Shown piece by piece: positions 1-9,430 of a stretch of DNA of 64,000 nucleotides. Origin of the DNA: an uncultured Desulfovibrionaceae bacterium (GTDB taxonomy: Bacteria > Desulfobacterota > Desulfovibrionia > Desulfovibrionales > Desulfovibrionaceae); the NCBI GenBank assembly GCA_964371195.1, contig CAYJLD010000002.1:159-64158 (forward strand), read 5' to 3'. How positions within the stretch are numbered: position 1 is the stretch's first letter; each line of letters opens with the position of its first letter. A program made the position numbers and the translations under genes. The notes under the pieces are model-generated. The model ran no database searches and had not been told where the DNA came from. It saw only the letters and a list, made by a program, of their open reading frames with translations.

Positions 1-341
1 TTAAGAGTTTTAAGTAAGTCACTTGCAACGTAAGTCTGGTTGCTTATACGCTGTACAGAGTTTTTCTTATTAAAAATGCCTTTATTCACACTTGGAAAAT
101 AGCTTATCATACTCTTAATTTATAGTATATTTATTTATCGTTTTTAATGCTAACAAATTATTGTTTCTAATAATATTATTTTTCGCAATATCAATCGATT
201 AACTACAATAATCAAAAAAACGTAATGAATACACTTGCAATTTATATAAATTTTGACTAGTTAGAACCCTGACTTGCGATATATTTTTTGCAAAAAAAAT
301 CTAATTTTTATCCAAAATACTTTTATACTACACCCATAATT

Positions 342-1115
342 ATGAAAACAATTACCGTAAATTTTATAGTTTTTTACCTACTCTTTGCGCTAAGTTCATG
401 GGCCAATGCAAAGCCAGATTTAGAGCTTTACCTTGGCAAACCATACTTTGCTAATCCACTCGGTGAAGGACCTAATAGCCCTTATGCAAAAGGGCCAATA
501 TTTAGGGATGATGGCTTTGACTGTACAACATATGTTGAAACAGTCTTGGCTAAAGTCAAAGCAAAAAATTCTAAACAAGACTTCCTAAATAACATAAAGC
601 AATTACGCTATATAGATGGCAAGGTAGACTTCTTTTCTCGAGCTCATCTTATGGAATATCACTGGATACCTAATGCCATAAAGTATGAATTTATAAGCCC
701 ATACAACATAGCTGGTACAAAAAAAACCAATTTTCAACTTGGTTTACGTCAATGGTTTTTAGAAAATAAAGAAGTAAAATTCAAAGACCAAACATATATT
801 CAATTGGCCAAGCTCCAACCTACCCACATACAAACCAGTATTCCCTACATTCAATCAAAAAAAATTGACATCAAACTCTTAAATTCATTACCAAACTTTA
901 TGGTTGTTTTTTTTATTAAATCATTACCATCCCAAACTTGGCCAGGACAAAATCAAGAACAAGAATGCATCACACACATGGGACTACTAATAGATAAAAA
1001 TCTATACCACGCAAGTCGTACTAACAAATCAGTTTCTCAAATTAATCTAATAGATTACCTAAGAAATAAACCTTCGTTTATTGGGGTTAGTTTTTATAAT
1101 GTAAACTACCCATAA
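342..1115 (+). CDS. secreted DUF1460 / N-acetylmuramoyl-L-alanine-amidase-like protein
   Basis: ORF 288..1115 begins with TTG. The first ATG at 342 gives a signal-peptide-like N-terminus, MKTITVNFIVFYLLFALSSWANA. The motif DGFDCTTYVETVLA recalls the DUF1460 amidase-like family (memory only, not searched). Confidence 0.55.
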   Translation: MKTITVNFIVFYLLFALSSWANAKPDLELYLGKPYFANPLGEGPNSPYAKGPIFRDDGFDCTTYVETVLAKVKAKNSKQDFLNNIKQLRYIDGKVDFFSRAHLMEYHWIPNAIKYEFISPYNIAGTKKTNFQLGLRQWFLENKEVKFKDQTYIQLAKLQPTHIQTSIPYIQSKKIDIKLLNSLPNFMVVFFIKSLPSQTWPGQNQEQECITHMGLLIDKNLYHASRTNKSVSQINLIDYLRNKPSFIGVSFYNVNYP

Positions 1116-1323
1116 GTGTGTTCAAGTGCAAACTCATCACAAAAAATAAACTAAACATTATACATATAATACATTGAAATAATAATATTTATTTTATAGA
1201 CTTTATCTCAAATAAGTCATAAAACCACAAAAATGTATTTTTTCATAAAAAAACTTGCTCAATTAAAACTTAAATGTTATTTGAAAACCATGGAAGTAAA
1301 CATTAATACAAAAAGGGGTTGCT

Positions 1324-2757
1324 ATGTTAAAAAAAATACGTCCAATTTTATGTTTTTTATTTGTTCTTTTTATTGCAGTGCCGTGCTTTGCAGCTGCTGA
1401 TAAATCTAAAGACAGAATGTGGGGTAATGGTAAAGCCAGTGGTGTTCCTTATGAACTTAAAGAACAAAATCCTACTGCAGGCCATGTTACTACCATGTCT
1501 GAAACTGTAAACTCTGTTATCAGGACTCATAAGTCTTTAAAGGCCATTCAAGAAAACAGAGTCACTGCCCAACAAGAACTCACTCGCTCCAAAGCAGGCT
1601 ATGGTCCACGCTTGGATTTGACAGCCAGCGGGGGCATGAGCAACTTAAGTGACTCTAGCACTCGCGCGTTAAATAAGCAAAGTAATTTCTATGGTGTAGG
1701 TCAAGTACAACTTTTACTTACCCAACCTATTTGGGATGGCTTTGCCACACGTAGCCGTGTACGTGCAAGCCAAGGCGTACTTGATTCAACCACTAGTCGT
1801 GTTATTGATAATGCAACAACACTTGCGCTTGATGGTATCATTGCACACGTTGACCTTATTTGGCGTCGCATAACTGTAGACTTATCTCAAGACAATGTAG
1901 CAACTCACGAAAGAATATTATCCCTCACACGTGACCGCGAAGCAACTGGTGCAGATACAATTGCCAACGTAACTCAAACTCAAGGTCGTTTAATTAATGC
2001 TTTGAGCACACTAGAAGACTCAAAAGCTTCACTTATTCAAGGTGAAGACTCTTATACACGCCTTACAGAGTTACCAGTTCCAACATCACTTGGTCCTATT
2101 AAACAACCTATAAAGATGTTTTCTAGCCCACAAGAAATTATTGACTATGCTAAAACTAATAATCCCAAAATTATTGCATACCTAGCAGATGTTCGTACAG
2201 CACAAGCTAACAAAGAACTCACTGAATCTGCATTTTATCCAACCATCAATATTGAAGCTGGACCAAGCTTTTCTACAACTGGTTACAGAAACACCGATAG
2301 TGAAGATTATTGGACTTCAGGCATGGACGTTTTTGGAACTATGCGTTGGAACTTATTTAACAGCGGTGCAGACTTAGCTGGAAGCAAAGCAGATGCTGCA
2401 CGTGTGCGTGAAGCTAGATATACTGCCAATAGTTTCCTTGATGATCTAACTCTACAAATTAATAATTCCTGGACTGACTACCAAACAGCTGTAACTCAGC
2501 TTTCTTATCACTTAGAAGCCATCGGTTACAACATACAAACTCGTGACTTATATATGGAGCAATTCCTCATTGGGCAACGTACACTATTAGACGTACTTGA
2601 TGCTGAAAGTGAATTATATAACTCTGAAATTCAAGCTGTTACTGCCCGTGCCAACATCATTATTAGTGCCTATACACTATATGCATTAGCTGGCATGCTT
2701 CTTCCTGAGCTGCAAATCCCAGCAGAACAAGTATTAGTGGTACCTGCTGCTCAATAA
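1324..2757 (+). CDS. TolC-family outer-membrane channel of a type I secretion system (LapE-like)
   Basis: 477 aa with a signal peptide (LFIAVPCFAAAD). Two-repeat TolC-like sequence with long helical segments (LLLTQPIWDGFATRSRVRASQ, WNLFNSGADLAGSKADAARVREA). Sits directly upstream of the ABC and HlyD genes. Confidence 0.85.
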   Translation: MLKKIRPILCFLFVLFIAVPCFAAADKSKDRMWGNGKASGVPYELKEQNPTAGHVTTMSETVNSVIRTHKSLKAIQENRVTAQQELTRSKAGYGPRLDLTASGGMSNLSDSSTRALNKQSNFYGVGQVQLLLTQPIWDGFATRSRVRASQGVLDSTTSRVIDNATTLALDGIIAHVDLIWRRITVDLSQDNVATHERILSLTRDREATGADTIANVTQTQGRLINALSTLEDSKASLIQGEDSYTRLTELPVPTSLGPIKQPIKMFSSPQEIIDYAKTNNPKIIAYLADVRTAQANKELTESAFYPTINIEAGPSFSTTGYRNTDSEDYWTSGMDVFGTMRWNLFNSGADLAGSKADAARVREARYTANSFLDDLTLQINNSWTDYQTAVTQLSYHLEAIGYNIQTRDLYMEQFLIGQRTLLDVLDAESELYNSEIQAVTARANIIISAYTLYALAGMLLPELQIPAEQVLVVPAAQ

Positions 2758-2778
2758 TTATTAATAGAAATGTACTTA

Positions 2779-2815
2779 AAAGGTCGGCTTTGCTTTGAAA
2801 AGCCGACCTTTTTTA
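2779..2815 (+). terminator. Rho-independent terminator after the TolC-family gene
   Basis: Stem AGGTCGGCT (2781..2789) pairs with AGCCGACCT (2801..2809) and is followed by TTTTT. Confidence 0.7.
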
Positions 2816-3069
2816 ATAATAATCCAGCAAATGCCAACTGCAGGCTCAAAATTACAAAATCATGATTATTTAAAAATTAAAAACCATAAAGATTTGTAAT
2901 TTTACCTGTATACAATGCACAACAAACTTTAGTGAATATATAAACAAAAAAATTGATTAGCTAAATATACAAATTAGTAAAAATTACTTTTTCAAAAAAA
3001 CATAGTAAAAAGCTAAGAAAAACTAATAAGAAAATATAGGACTTATTTGAAAGCTTGACTAACAAATAG

Positions 3070-3098
3070 TTGACAGACATAGATTTTATTCTTATCTT
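3070..3098 (+). promoter_or_regulatory. candidate sigma70-type promoter for the ABC-HlyD-receptor operon
   Basis: TTGACA (3070..3075), a 17-nt spacer, then TATCTT (3093..3098). It lies about 38 nt upstream of ATG 3136, which has a GAGG 7 nt upstream. AT-rich context, so a chance match is possible. Confidence 0.3.
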
Positions 3099-3135
3099 TG
3101 ATACACAAGACAACCTTTACGCACGAGGCAGATTT

Positions 3136-5898
3136 ATGTCTAAAGACGATGCTAACAATGCGCAAAAGGATTTGAATTCTAAAAATAGCAATAATCAAAG
3201 TCCTTCTGTATTTGATGATATTTTTAATTCACAAACCGTAACAGACAATATACCTACAAACCTAGCTAAGAATGCAACAGAAAATGTAGCAAATATTGCT
3301 AAAAGTAAAGTGGGAGTTAGATCAACTCCACTTGCACCAATTGCAAGCTCAGATCTACAAGGGGCACAAAGCATAATGTCAAATAATAAAAAAATAAATA
3401 ATACACCAGCACCAGCGTCAAACGATGCAAATGCCACAACTAGTGCTAAAAACCAAGCACAGCCTGTAGTAAATAATACTCAAGCTGAAGCTGCTTCTAG
3501 CTCGGTTGAACAAAGTAAGTCTGAGCAAAATGTGCCTACAGCAGCGCCTAAGGACACTTTGCAAACTACTTCTGCCTCTAAGGTACCGCAAGTAGACCAA
3601 GGCTCACAACCAAGTCCTACACCTAATGCGAATGAGCCAAGCCAAGATGAACAAAAAGAAGCGGCTGCTAATCCAAACCTAACACCTAAGGATAGTGAAG
3701 GGTTTGCACAATTATCTCCATCCGAAGTGGACTTTATACCACCTTTATTGCGTAGTTTAAGTACCTTAATGCGCTTACGTGGTAAAAACATTTCACCACA
3801 ATTCTTATATGCTGGCCTTGCTGGAGTAGGTGAAGTAACACCAGGTGAATGCATGCGTGCAGCAGCTCGTGTAGGTCTACAGGCGCGCATTATTCCACGT
3901 AACAGCATACAAGACATCTCTCCCATGACCCTGCCTTGTGTTTTACTTTTGCAAAATGGGCGTTCATGTGTACTGACAGCCTTTAAGCGTCAAGTGGCCA
4001 CGGTTATATTTCCAGAATCTGGTGAAGAGCCATATCAAGTTAATATTGATACATTAAACAAAGATTACACTGGATATGCAGCTTTTGGTTCCATAGAAAA
4101 AAAGGCTGACAGACGTATTGATACATTTAGACATGAAGGTGGAAAACGGTGGTTTTGGGATGCCATTAAGCACTATGGACCAATTTATCGCCATGCTGCT
4201 TTTGCTAGTGTGATAATTAACCTTATTGCGCTTGGTAGTCCATTATTCGTCATGAATGTTTATGACCGTGTTGTACCTAACCATGCTTTAGAGACCCTAT
4301 GGGTTTTAGCTTTAGGTATAACTCTTGCGTATTTATTTGACTTTTTATTAAGAACATTACGCAATTACTTTGTTGATACTGCTGGTCGTAATGCTGACGT
4401 AGTAATTTCTAGTATGCTAGTTGATAAAGTTCTAACCATGCAGCTTGATCACAAACCAGAATCCACAGGGGCACTTGTTAATAATGTGCGTGAATTTGAG
4501 GCCTTGCGTGAGTTTTTTAGCTCATCAACTCTACTTTCATGCATAGACCTACCCTTCTTGGTATTATTCTTACTCTGCCTAAGCTTTATTGGTGGACCGT
4601 TAGTTCTTTTACCTCTCATAGCCATGCCCATTATGTTTGGGGCTGGATTTATCTTACAATCTTTAGCCAAACGAGCGGCCGAAAAAAGCTATGCCCAAAG
4701 TATGCATAAAAATGCCCTACTGACTGAAATGGTAAATGGACTTGAAACCCTAAAGTGTTGTCAAGGTGAAAACCGTATGCAACGTGTGTGGGAGACAGTG
4801 GTAGAAAACTCCGCACAAGCCAATGCTGAAACCAAGAAATATGGTTCATTAGCTGTTGGATTTTCAGTATTTATTACTCAATTTGTTACTGTTGGCATGG
4901 TGGTTTGGGGTGTATATTTAATTTCTGAAGGCACTTTAACCATGGGTGGCCTTATTGGTAGTAATATTTTAGCTGGTCGTGCCATGGCTCCTTTAATGCA
5001 AATGGCAGGACTTATTACACGTTACCAAAATTCACGCATTTCGCTTGACGCTTTAAATATGCTTATGGCTCTGCCTTCAGAAGATAGACAAGCCCAAGCT
5101 ACTGTGGACTTTGGCCCCTTGCAACCATCGTTTACCTTTGAAAATGTAAGTTTTGCCTATCCTAACTCAGCGCGTACCGCCGTTGACAACCTATCCTTAC
5201 ACATAGAACCAGGTGAAAAAGTTGGTGTTATTGGGCGTATGGGCTCAGGTAAATCTACATTAATACGCTTACTTATTGGCTTATATCAACCCAAGGATGG
5301 TGCAGTAAAATTTGGTGGGGTTGATATTCGTCAGCTAGCTGGTGCAGATTTACGTGCAAGAGTTGGTTTTGCCCCGCAAGATACTGTACTTTTTTATGGT
5401 AGTATACGCGACAATATTGTACTTGGAGATCCAAGTGTAAACGATTTACGTACTATTAGAGCGGCCAATTTATCTGGGGTAATTGAATTTGTGCGCACCA
5501 ACCCTGAAGGCTTTGGGGCACAAGTTGGAGAGCAAGGTAAATCCCTTTCAGGTGGTCAACGTCAAGCAATTGGTTTAGCAAGAGCCCTTGTGCGTGACCC
5601 AGAAGTGCTTATATTAGATGAACCAACAAGTAATATGGATACATCTTCTGAACAAGCCGTGCAATCACGCCTTATGAAGATAATGAAATATAAAACTTTG
5701 ATACTTGTAACCCACCGCATGAGCATGCTTAAAATGGTGGACAGACTAATTGTTATGGATCAAGGGCGTATTGTTGCTGATGGTCCCAAGGACGAAGTTA
5801 TACAAAAATTACGCTCAGCAATTCCACAAGCTGCTAGGCAAAATGCAGAGGTTAGTGACTTAACTGCACAAGCAGCAAAGGTAGCACAAAATAGCTAA
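3136..5898 (+). CDS. type I secretion ABC permease/ATPase (LapB/LssB type) with a Cys-less C39-like domain and a long low-complexity N-terminal extension
   Basis: Walker A GRMGSGKST, signature LSGGQRQ, Walker B VLILDEPTS, H-loop LVTHR. TM region FASVIINLIALGSPLFVMNVYDRV. The C39-like segment (LPCVLLLQNGRSCVLT) shows no catalytic Cys motif. The ORF track starts at TTG 3070; ATG 3136 has the better RBS and promoter geometry. Confidence 0.9.
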   Translation: MSKDDANNAQKDLNSKNSNNQSPSVFDDIFNSQTVTDNIPTNLAKNATENVANIAKSKVGVRSTPLAPIASSDLQGAQSIMSNNKKINNTPAPASNDANATTSAKNQAQPVVNNTQAEAASSSVEQSKSEQNVPTAAPKDTLQTTSASKVPQVDQGSQPSPTPNANEPSQDEQKEAAANPNLTPKDSEGFAQLSPSEVDFIPPLLRSLSTLMRLRGKNISPQFLYAGLAGVGEVTPGECMRAAARVGLQARIIPRNSIQDISPMTLPCVLLLQNGRSCVLTAFKRQVATVIFPESGEEPYQVNIDTLNKDYTGYAAFGSIEKKADRRIDTFRHEGGKRWFWDAIKHYGPIYRHAAFASVIINLIALGSPLFVMNVYDRVVPNHALETLWVLALGITLAYLFDFLLRTLRNYFVDTAGRNADVVISSMLVDKVLTMQLDHKPESTGALVNNVREFEALREFFSSSTLLSCIDLPFLVLFLLCLSFIGGPLVLLPLIAMPIMFGAGFILQSLAKRAAEKSYAQSMHKNALLTEMVNGLETLKCCQGENRMQRVWETVVENSAQANAETKKYGSLAVGFSVFITQFVTVGMVVWGVYLISEGTLTMGGLIGSNILAGRAMAPLMQMAGLITRYQNSRISLDALNMLMALPSEDRQAQATVDFGPLQPSFTFENVSFAYPNSARTAVDNLSLHIEPGEKVGVIGRMGSGKSTLIRLLIGLYQPKDGAVKFGGVDIRQLAGADLRARVGFAPQDTVLFYGSIRDNIVLGDPSVNDLRTIRAANLSGVIEFVRTNPEGFGAQVGEQGKSLSGGQRQAIGLARALVRDPEVLILDEPTSNMDTSSEQAVQSRLMKIMKYKTLILVTHRMSMLKMVDRLIVMDQGRIVADGPKDEVIQKLRSAIPQAARQNAEVSDLTAQAAKVAQNS

Positions 5899-5914
5899 TT
5901 AATTCGAGGTTGTT

Positions 5915-7339
5915 ATGCAAAATAATCAAAATGGAGGCTTTTTTTCGGGCCTTAGAAACTTTATACAAATGCTTAAGGATGGCGCGTCATCAACAAATTT
6001 TGACCAAGATAATCAACGCCAAAAACTTGATACTTCTGAGCTAGCCTATGCCGATGTGGTGGAAGCAGCTATGCAGCGTAAACCCACTATGCAAGCGCGC
6101 TTATTATCACTTGCTACAGGACTTTTTATTGCTATATTCATTGCTTGGGCAGCTTGGGCAGAGGTAGACGAAGTAACGCGTGCTGAAGGTAAGGTTATTG
6201 CTTCACAACGCACGCAGATTATTCAAAACCTTGAGGGTGGTATCTTGCAAGATATTTTGGTGCGTGAAGGTCAAATCATCACCAAGGGCACACCATTAGC
6301 CCGTATTGATAACGAAATGGCAGCCAGTACTTATAGAGATGCACTTAGCAAATCGCTTGAACATACAGCTGCAATTATACGCCTAGAATCAGAGCTTACA
6401 GACGTTGAGCCAGTTTATCCTGAAGAAATTGTTCGTGATGCTCCGCAGGTTATTGCAGACCAAAATTCAGCCCTTGCTGCACGTAAACTACAACGTGATA
6501 GTGAAATTATTGTATTAAAATCTCAATATGAGCAACGCCTTCAAGAGGTTGAAGAACAACAAGCTCGTAAACGCTCAGTTGACCGTAATTTAGCTTTAGC
6601 CATTGAGCAACGTAATACTGTATTGCCACTACTTAAGCGTAAGAATTATTCACGCATTGAATTCTTAAATTTGGAACAAGAAGTTGCCAATCTTGAGGGT
6701 GAGCTTGAAGGGCTGACTGTATCTATACCCAAGGCTCAAGCTGCCGCTGATGAAGCTTTGCAACGTATTGCTTTTCGTGAGGCTGAACTTGACACAGCCA
6801 TTACCGAAGAGATTAATGAGCGCCGTGCTGAGCTCAATTCACTAAAAGAAACTATTTCGGCCGGTAGTGACCGTGTCACTCGTACTGTAGTGCGCTCGCC
6901 AGTCAATGGTACAATACAACAAATTCATCTTAACACTCTTGGCGGTGTTGTAAAACCTGGTGAAGCCATAATGGAAGTTGTGCCTATTGATGATACACTA
7001 TTAGTGGAAGTTAGAGTGCGCCCCTCAGATGTTGCTTTTTTACACCCAGACCAAAAAGCTATGCTCAAATTTTCCGCCTATGACTTTGGTGTTTATGGTG
7101 GGCTTGATGGTGTTCTTGAACAAATAAGTGCTGATACTATTGAAGATAAACAAGGTGAGGTTTTTTATCTTGCCAAGTTACGTACTAATAAAACCGGAAT
7201 TACACATCGGGGAGAAATCTTACCTATTATTCCAGGTATGACTGCAACAGCAGACATTCTCACCGGACGTAAGACCATTCTCGATTATATACTAAAACCC
7301 ATTCTCAAAGCACAACAAAACGCACTACGCGAAAGGTAG
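5915..7339 (+). CDS. HlyD-family type I secretion periplasmic adaptor (LapC-like)
   Basis: Single N-terminal TM (LLSLATGLFIAIFIAWAAWA), a long coiled-coil middle, and the C-terminal signature ILPIIPGMTATADILTGRKTILDYILKP. A 16-nt gap separates it from the ABC gene. Confidence 0.9.
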   Translation: MQNNQNGGFFSGLRNFIQMLKDGASSTNFDQDNQRQKLDTSELAYADVVEAAMQRKPTMQARLLSLATGLFIAIFIAWAAWAEVDEVTRAEGKVIASQRTQIIQNLEGGILQDILVREGQIITKGTPLARIDNEMAASTYRDALSKSLEHTAAIIRLESELTDVEPVYPEEIVRDAPQVIADQNSALAARKLQRDSEIIVLKSQYEQRLQEVEEQQARKRSVDRNLALAIEQRNTVLPLLKRKNYSRIEFLNLEQEVANLEGELEGLTVSIPKAQAAADEALQRIAFREAELDTAITEEINERRAELNSLKETISAGSDRVTRTVVRSPVNGTIQQIHLNTLGGVVKPGEAIMEVVPIDDTLLVEVRVRPSDVAFLHPDQKAMLKFSAYDFGVYGGLDGVLEQISADTIEDKQGEVFYLAKLRTNKTGITHRGEILPIIPGMTATADILTGRKTILDYILKPILKAQQNALRER

Positions 7340-7345
7340 AATGGT

Positions 7346-9418
7346 ATGCGCCAAAATAAGTCTGGCAAAAAAGTTCATTATCGTAGCTTTTGGCTACTTG
7401 GTTTATTAATGGTAGCTCTACTCGGTGTTACCTCCATGTTTGCAATGTACACCACAAATTATGTGGCACAAAGCATGGAGCAAAACCTTGCTATTACCCT
7501 AACATCTAATGCCAAGGGTAAGACTGAAGCTATTAACTTGTGGCTTACAACTATTGACCAAGACACAAAACGTTTTGTGGATCGTGATATGATTCGCTTG
7601 TTTTGTGCTGAGTCAGTATTAAAAGCTCAAGGTAGTGCTACATCCACTCAGCTAGGGCAAATGGAAGCATTGCAAGAAGATACTGGAAAACTTGAAAATA
7701 TTCGTGACCTTATCATTCAGCAGCTCATGACATTTATTGAAACTACAAGCTTTACTGCTGGAGGTATTTGGGATGCTAACTTAAAGAGTTTACTTTTTAC
7801 CAATGGTTTAGAGGAAACTCTTTCAGAAGAACAAAAAGTACTAGTTGAGCAAACCTTAAATACTGGTGAAGTTACATTTTCTAATGTGCATGATGGATTA
7901 GCTGGGCTTATGATTACTATGGTCTATCCCATATTCCCACCAGAATACACTGAACTTCCAAAAGAAAGAGCTGTTGCTACCTTGCTACTTGAAATACCTC
8001 TTGAAGCTCCCATATCTAAAATATTTAAAGGTGCAGAAGATAAAAATCAAGAGGCAACACCATATCGCCTATTCCAATGGACTGCACAAAGTAGTGCTTT
8101 ACAGTTCATTAATTTAGAAACAGGTCAACTGATCACTTTTGATGAGTGGAAAACCCCAAAAAACGAAGAACTGCCTATTATGAAGCGCGTACTGCCAGAC
8201 GGTAGTTTTGTTTACTCTCTTGGTATACCAATAGCCAATAAAAATCTATTGGTTAGTAGCGAAGAACCTGCTCACATTGCAGAAGACTTTTATGCTAATT
8301 TCCGTAACTTTATGATTATATTTGTGGCAGGGGCCATCATAGTTACTGGCCTTTTACTTTGGGCTTGTTGGTGGTTCTTTGTGGGAAGGTATGAGCGTAA
8401 GGTTGAAGCCAGCATGCGTAAGCTCAATGAAGACGTGAATACGCAGCAACAAATTATTGATAGTATTAATGCTACTCTGACTGACGGTGTTGTTTTAACA
8501 GATACACTGGGTAATATTATATATTCCAATGCAAGTTTTGCTAAAATGGTCTATCATGAAAATAGTGATGACATTGTTGGATTTAAGATGGGTAGCATAC
8601 TTAATCCAGATGCGGCTGAAATGCTCCAAAATCACCTCGATAGAGTGGTTAGATCTGAAAAAGATCATGATTTTGAAGAAAAACTTACCATACAAGGCAA
8701 GGATGTGTATTGGCAAGCAATATACAGTCCATACTTTGGAGATCACGAACATGTAAGTGGTGTAGTTGCTGTTTACCGCGATACAACAAAGATGGTGGAA
8801 GAACGTGAAGCCGAACAAGCCAGAATTGAGCAACTAATTCAAGTACTAACCATGTCGGTTGGCTTGGTAAACCCATATCTTAGAGGTCACTCCATGCATA
8901 TGGGAGAGTTGGCAGAAAACATTGCTAAACTCATGGAATGCACTAAGGAAGAGCAAAAAACCATTGGCATGGCTGCTGCGTTAAGCCAAATGGGTATGAT
9001 TAGTTTACCTAAAGAAATTATTAATAAAAAAGGTGCACTAACAGATGAAGAACGTGAAATCATGAAAACTCACGTTTCAAAAACATGTGATATGCTAGCT
9101 GACTTTGACTTTGGCCTCCCAGTACAAGAAACCATACTTCAAATGAATGAAAACATGGATGGTAGCGGATATCCACGTCAATTAAAAGGCGATCAAATTA
9201 GCATGAATGCGCGTATCTTACACTTAGCAAACTCATTTTGCGCCATTTTGCGCCCAAGAGTATATAGGCAAGCTAGAAGCTTAAGCGATACCATAGCAAT
9301 TCTCGACAAAGAACAAAATATTTACGATTTCGAAGTATTGAAAATGTTAAAGGTATTTGTCATAAGCCCAGAAGGAAAAGTTTTTGTAAATAAATTACAA
9401 CGTAAACACGCAAAGTAA
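7346..9418 (+). CDS. transmembrane receptor: TM - periplasmic domain - TM - PAS - degenerate HD-GYP (LapD-analogue candidate, paralog 1)
   Basis: TM1 FWLLGLLMVALLGVTSMFAMY and TM2 FMIIFVAGAIIVTGLLLWACWWFFVG. PAS-like segment IIDSINATLTDGVVLTDTLGNIIYSNASFAKMV. HD-GYP-like C-terminus with AAALSQMGMISLP (HD replaced by SQ) and QMNENMDGSGYP (HHE lost, GYP kept). Confidence 0.7.
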   Translation: MRQNKSGKKVHYRSFWLLGLLMVALLGVTSMFAMYTTNYVAQSMEQNLAITLTSNAKGKTEAINLWLTTIDQDTKRFVDRDMIRLFCAESVLKAQGSATSTQLGQMEALQEDTGKLENIRDLIIQQLMTFIETTSFTAGGIWDANLKSLLFTNGLEETLSEEQKVLVEQTLNTGEVTFSNVHDGLAGLMITMVYPIFPPEYTELPKERAVATLLLEIPLEAPISKIFKGAEDKNQEATPYRLFQWTAQSSALQFINLETGQLITFDEWKTPKNEELPIMKRVLPDGSFVYSLGIPIANKNLLVSSEEPAHIAEDFYANFRNFMIIFVAGAIIVTGLLLWACWWFFVGRYERKVEASMRKLNEDVNTQQQIIDSINATLTDGVVLTDTLGNIIYSNASFAKMVYHENSDDIVGFKMGSILNPDAAEMLQNHLDRVVRSEKDHDFEEKLTIQGKDVYWQAIYSPYFGDHEHVSGVVAVYRDTTKMVEEREAEQARIEQLIQVLTMSVGLVNPYLRGHSMHMGELAENIAKLMECTKEEQKTIGMAAALSQMGMISLPKEIINKKGALTDEEREIMKTHVSKTCDMLADFDFGLPVQETILQMNENMDGSGYPRQLKGDQISMNARILHLANSFCAILRPRVYRQARSLSDTIAILDKEQNIYDFEVLKMLKVFVISPEGKVFVNKLQRKHAK

Positions 9419-9430
9419 TAGGGGAATGAT

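Noticed and set aside
1-110. Partial minus-strand ORF starting at ATG 110 (MISYFPSVNKGIFNKKNSVQRISNQTYVASDLLKTL...) and running off the window
   Set aside because: Only 36 codons are visible and no motif is recognisable, so it cannot be supported as a gene from this window alone.
3070-3135. TTG 3070 as the start of the ABC exporter (and TTG 288 for the DUF1460 gene)
   Set aside because: The 3070 TTG is itself the first half of a TTGACA -35-like box. ATG 3136 has a GAGG at 7 nt, and ATG 342 yields a clean signal peptide. The longer forms add implausible N-termini.
3195-3926. Antisense/shadow ORFs inside long genes. Examples: 3195..3437, 3480..3926, 23970..24410, 38162..38641, 41815..42240, 46159..46605, 47154..47651, 36307..36600, 19012..19431
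   Set aside because: All lie wholly within strongly supported genes on the opposite strand or in another frame. They have low-complexity or odd composition and no RBS, as expected for frame shadows.
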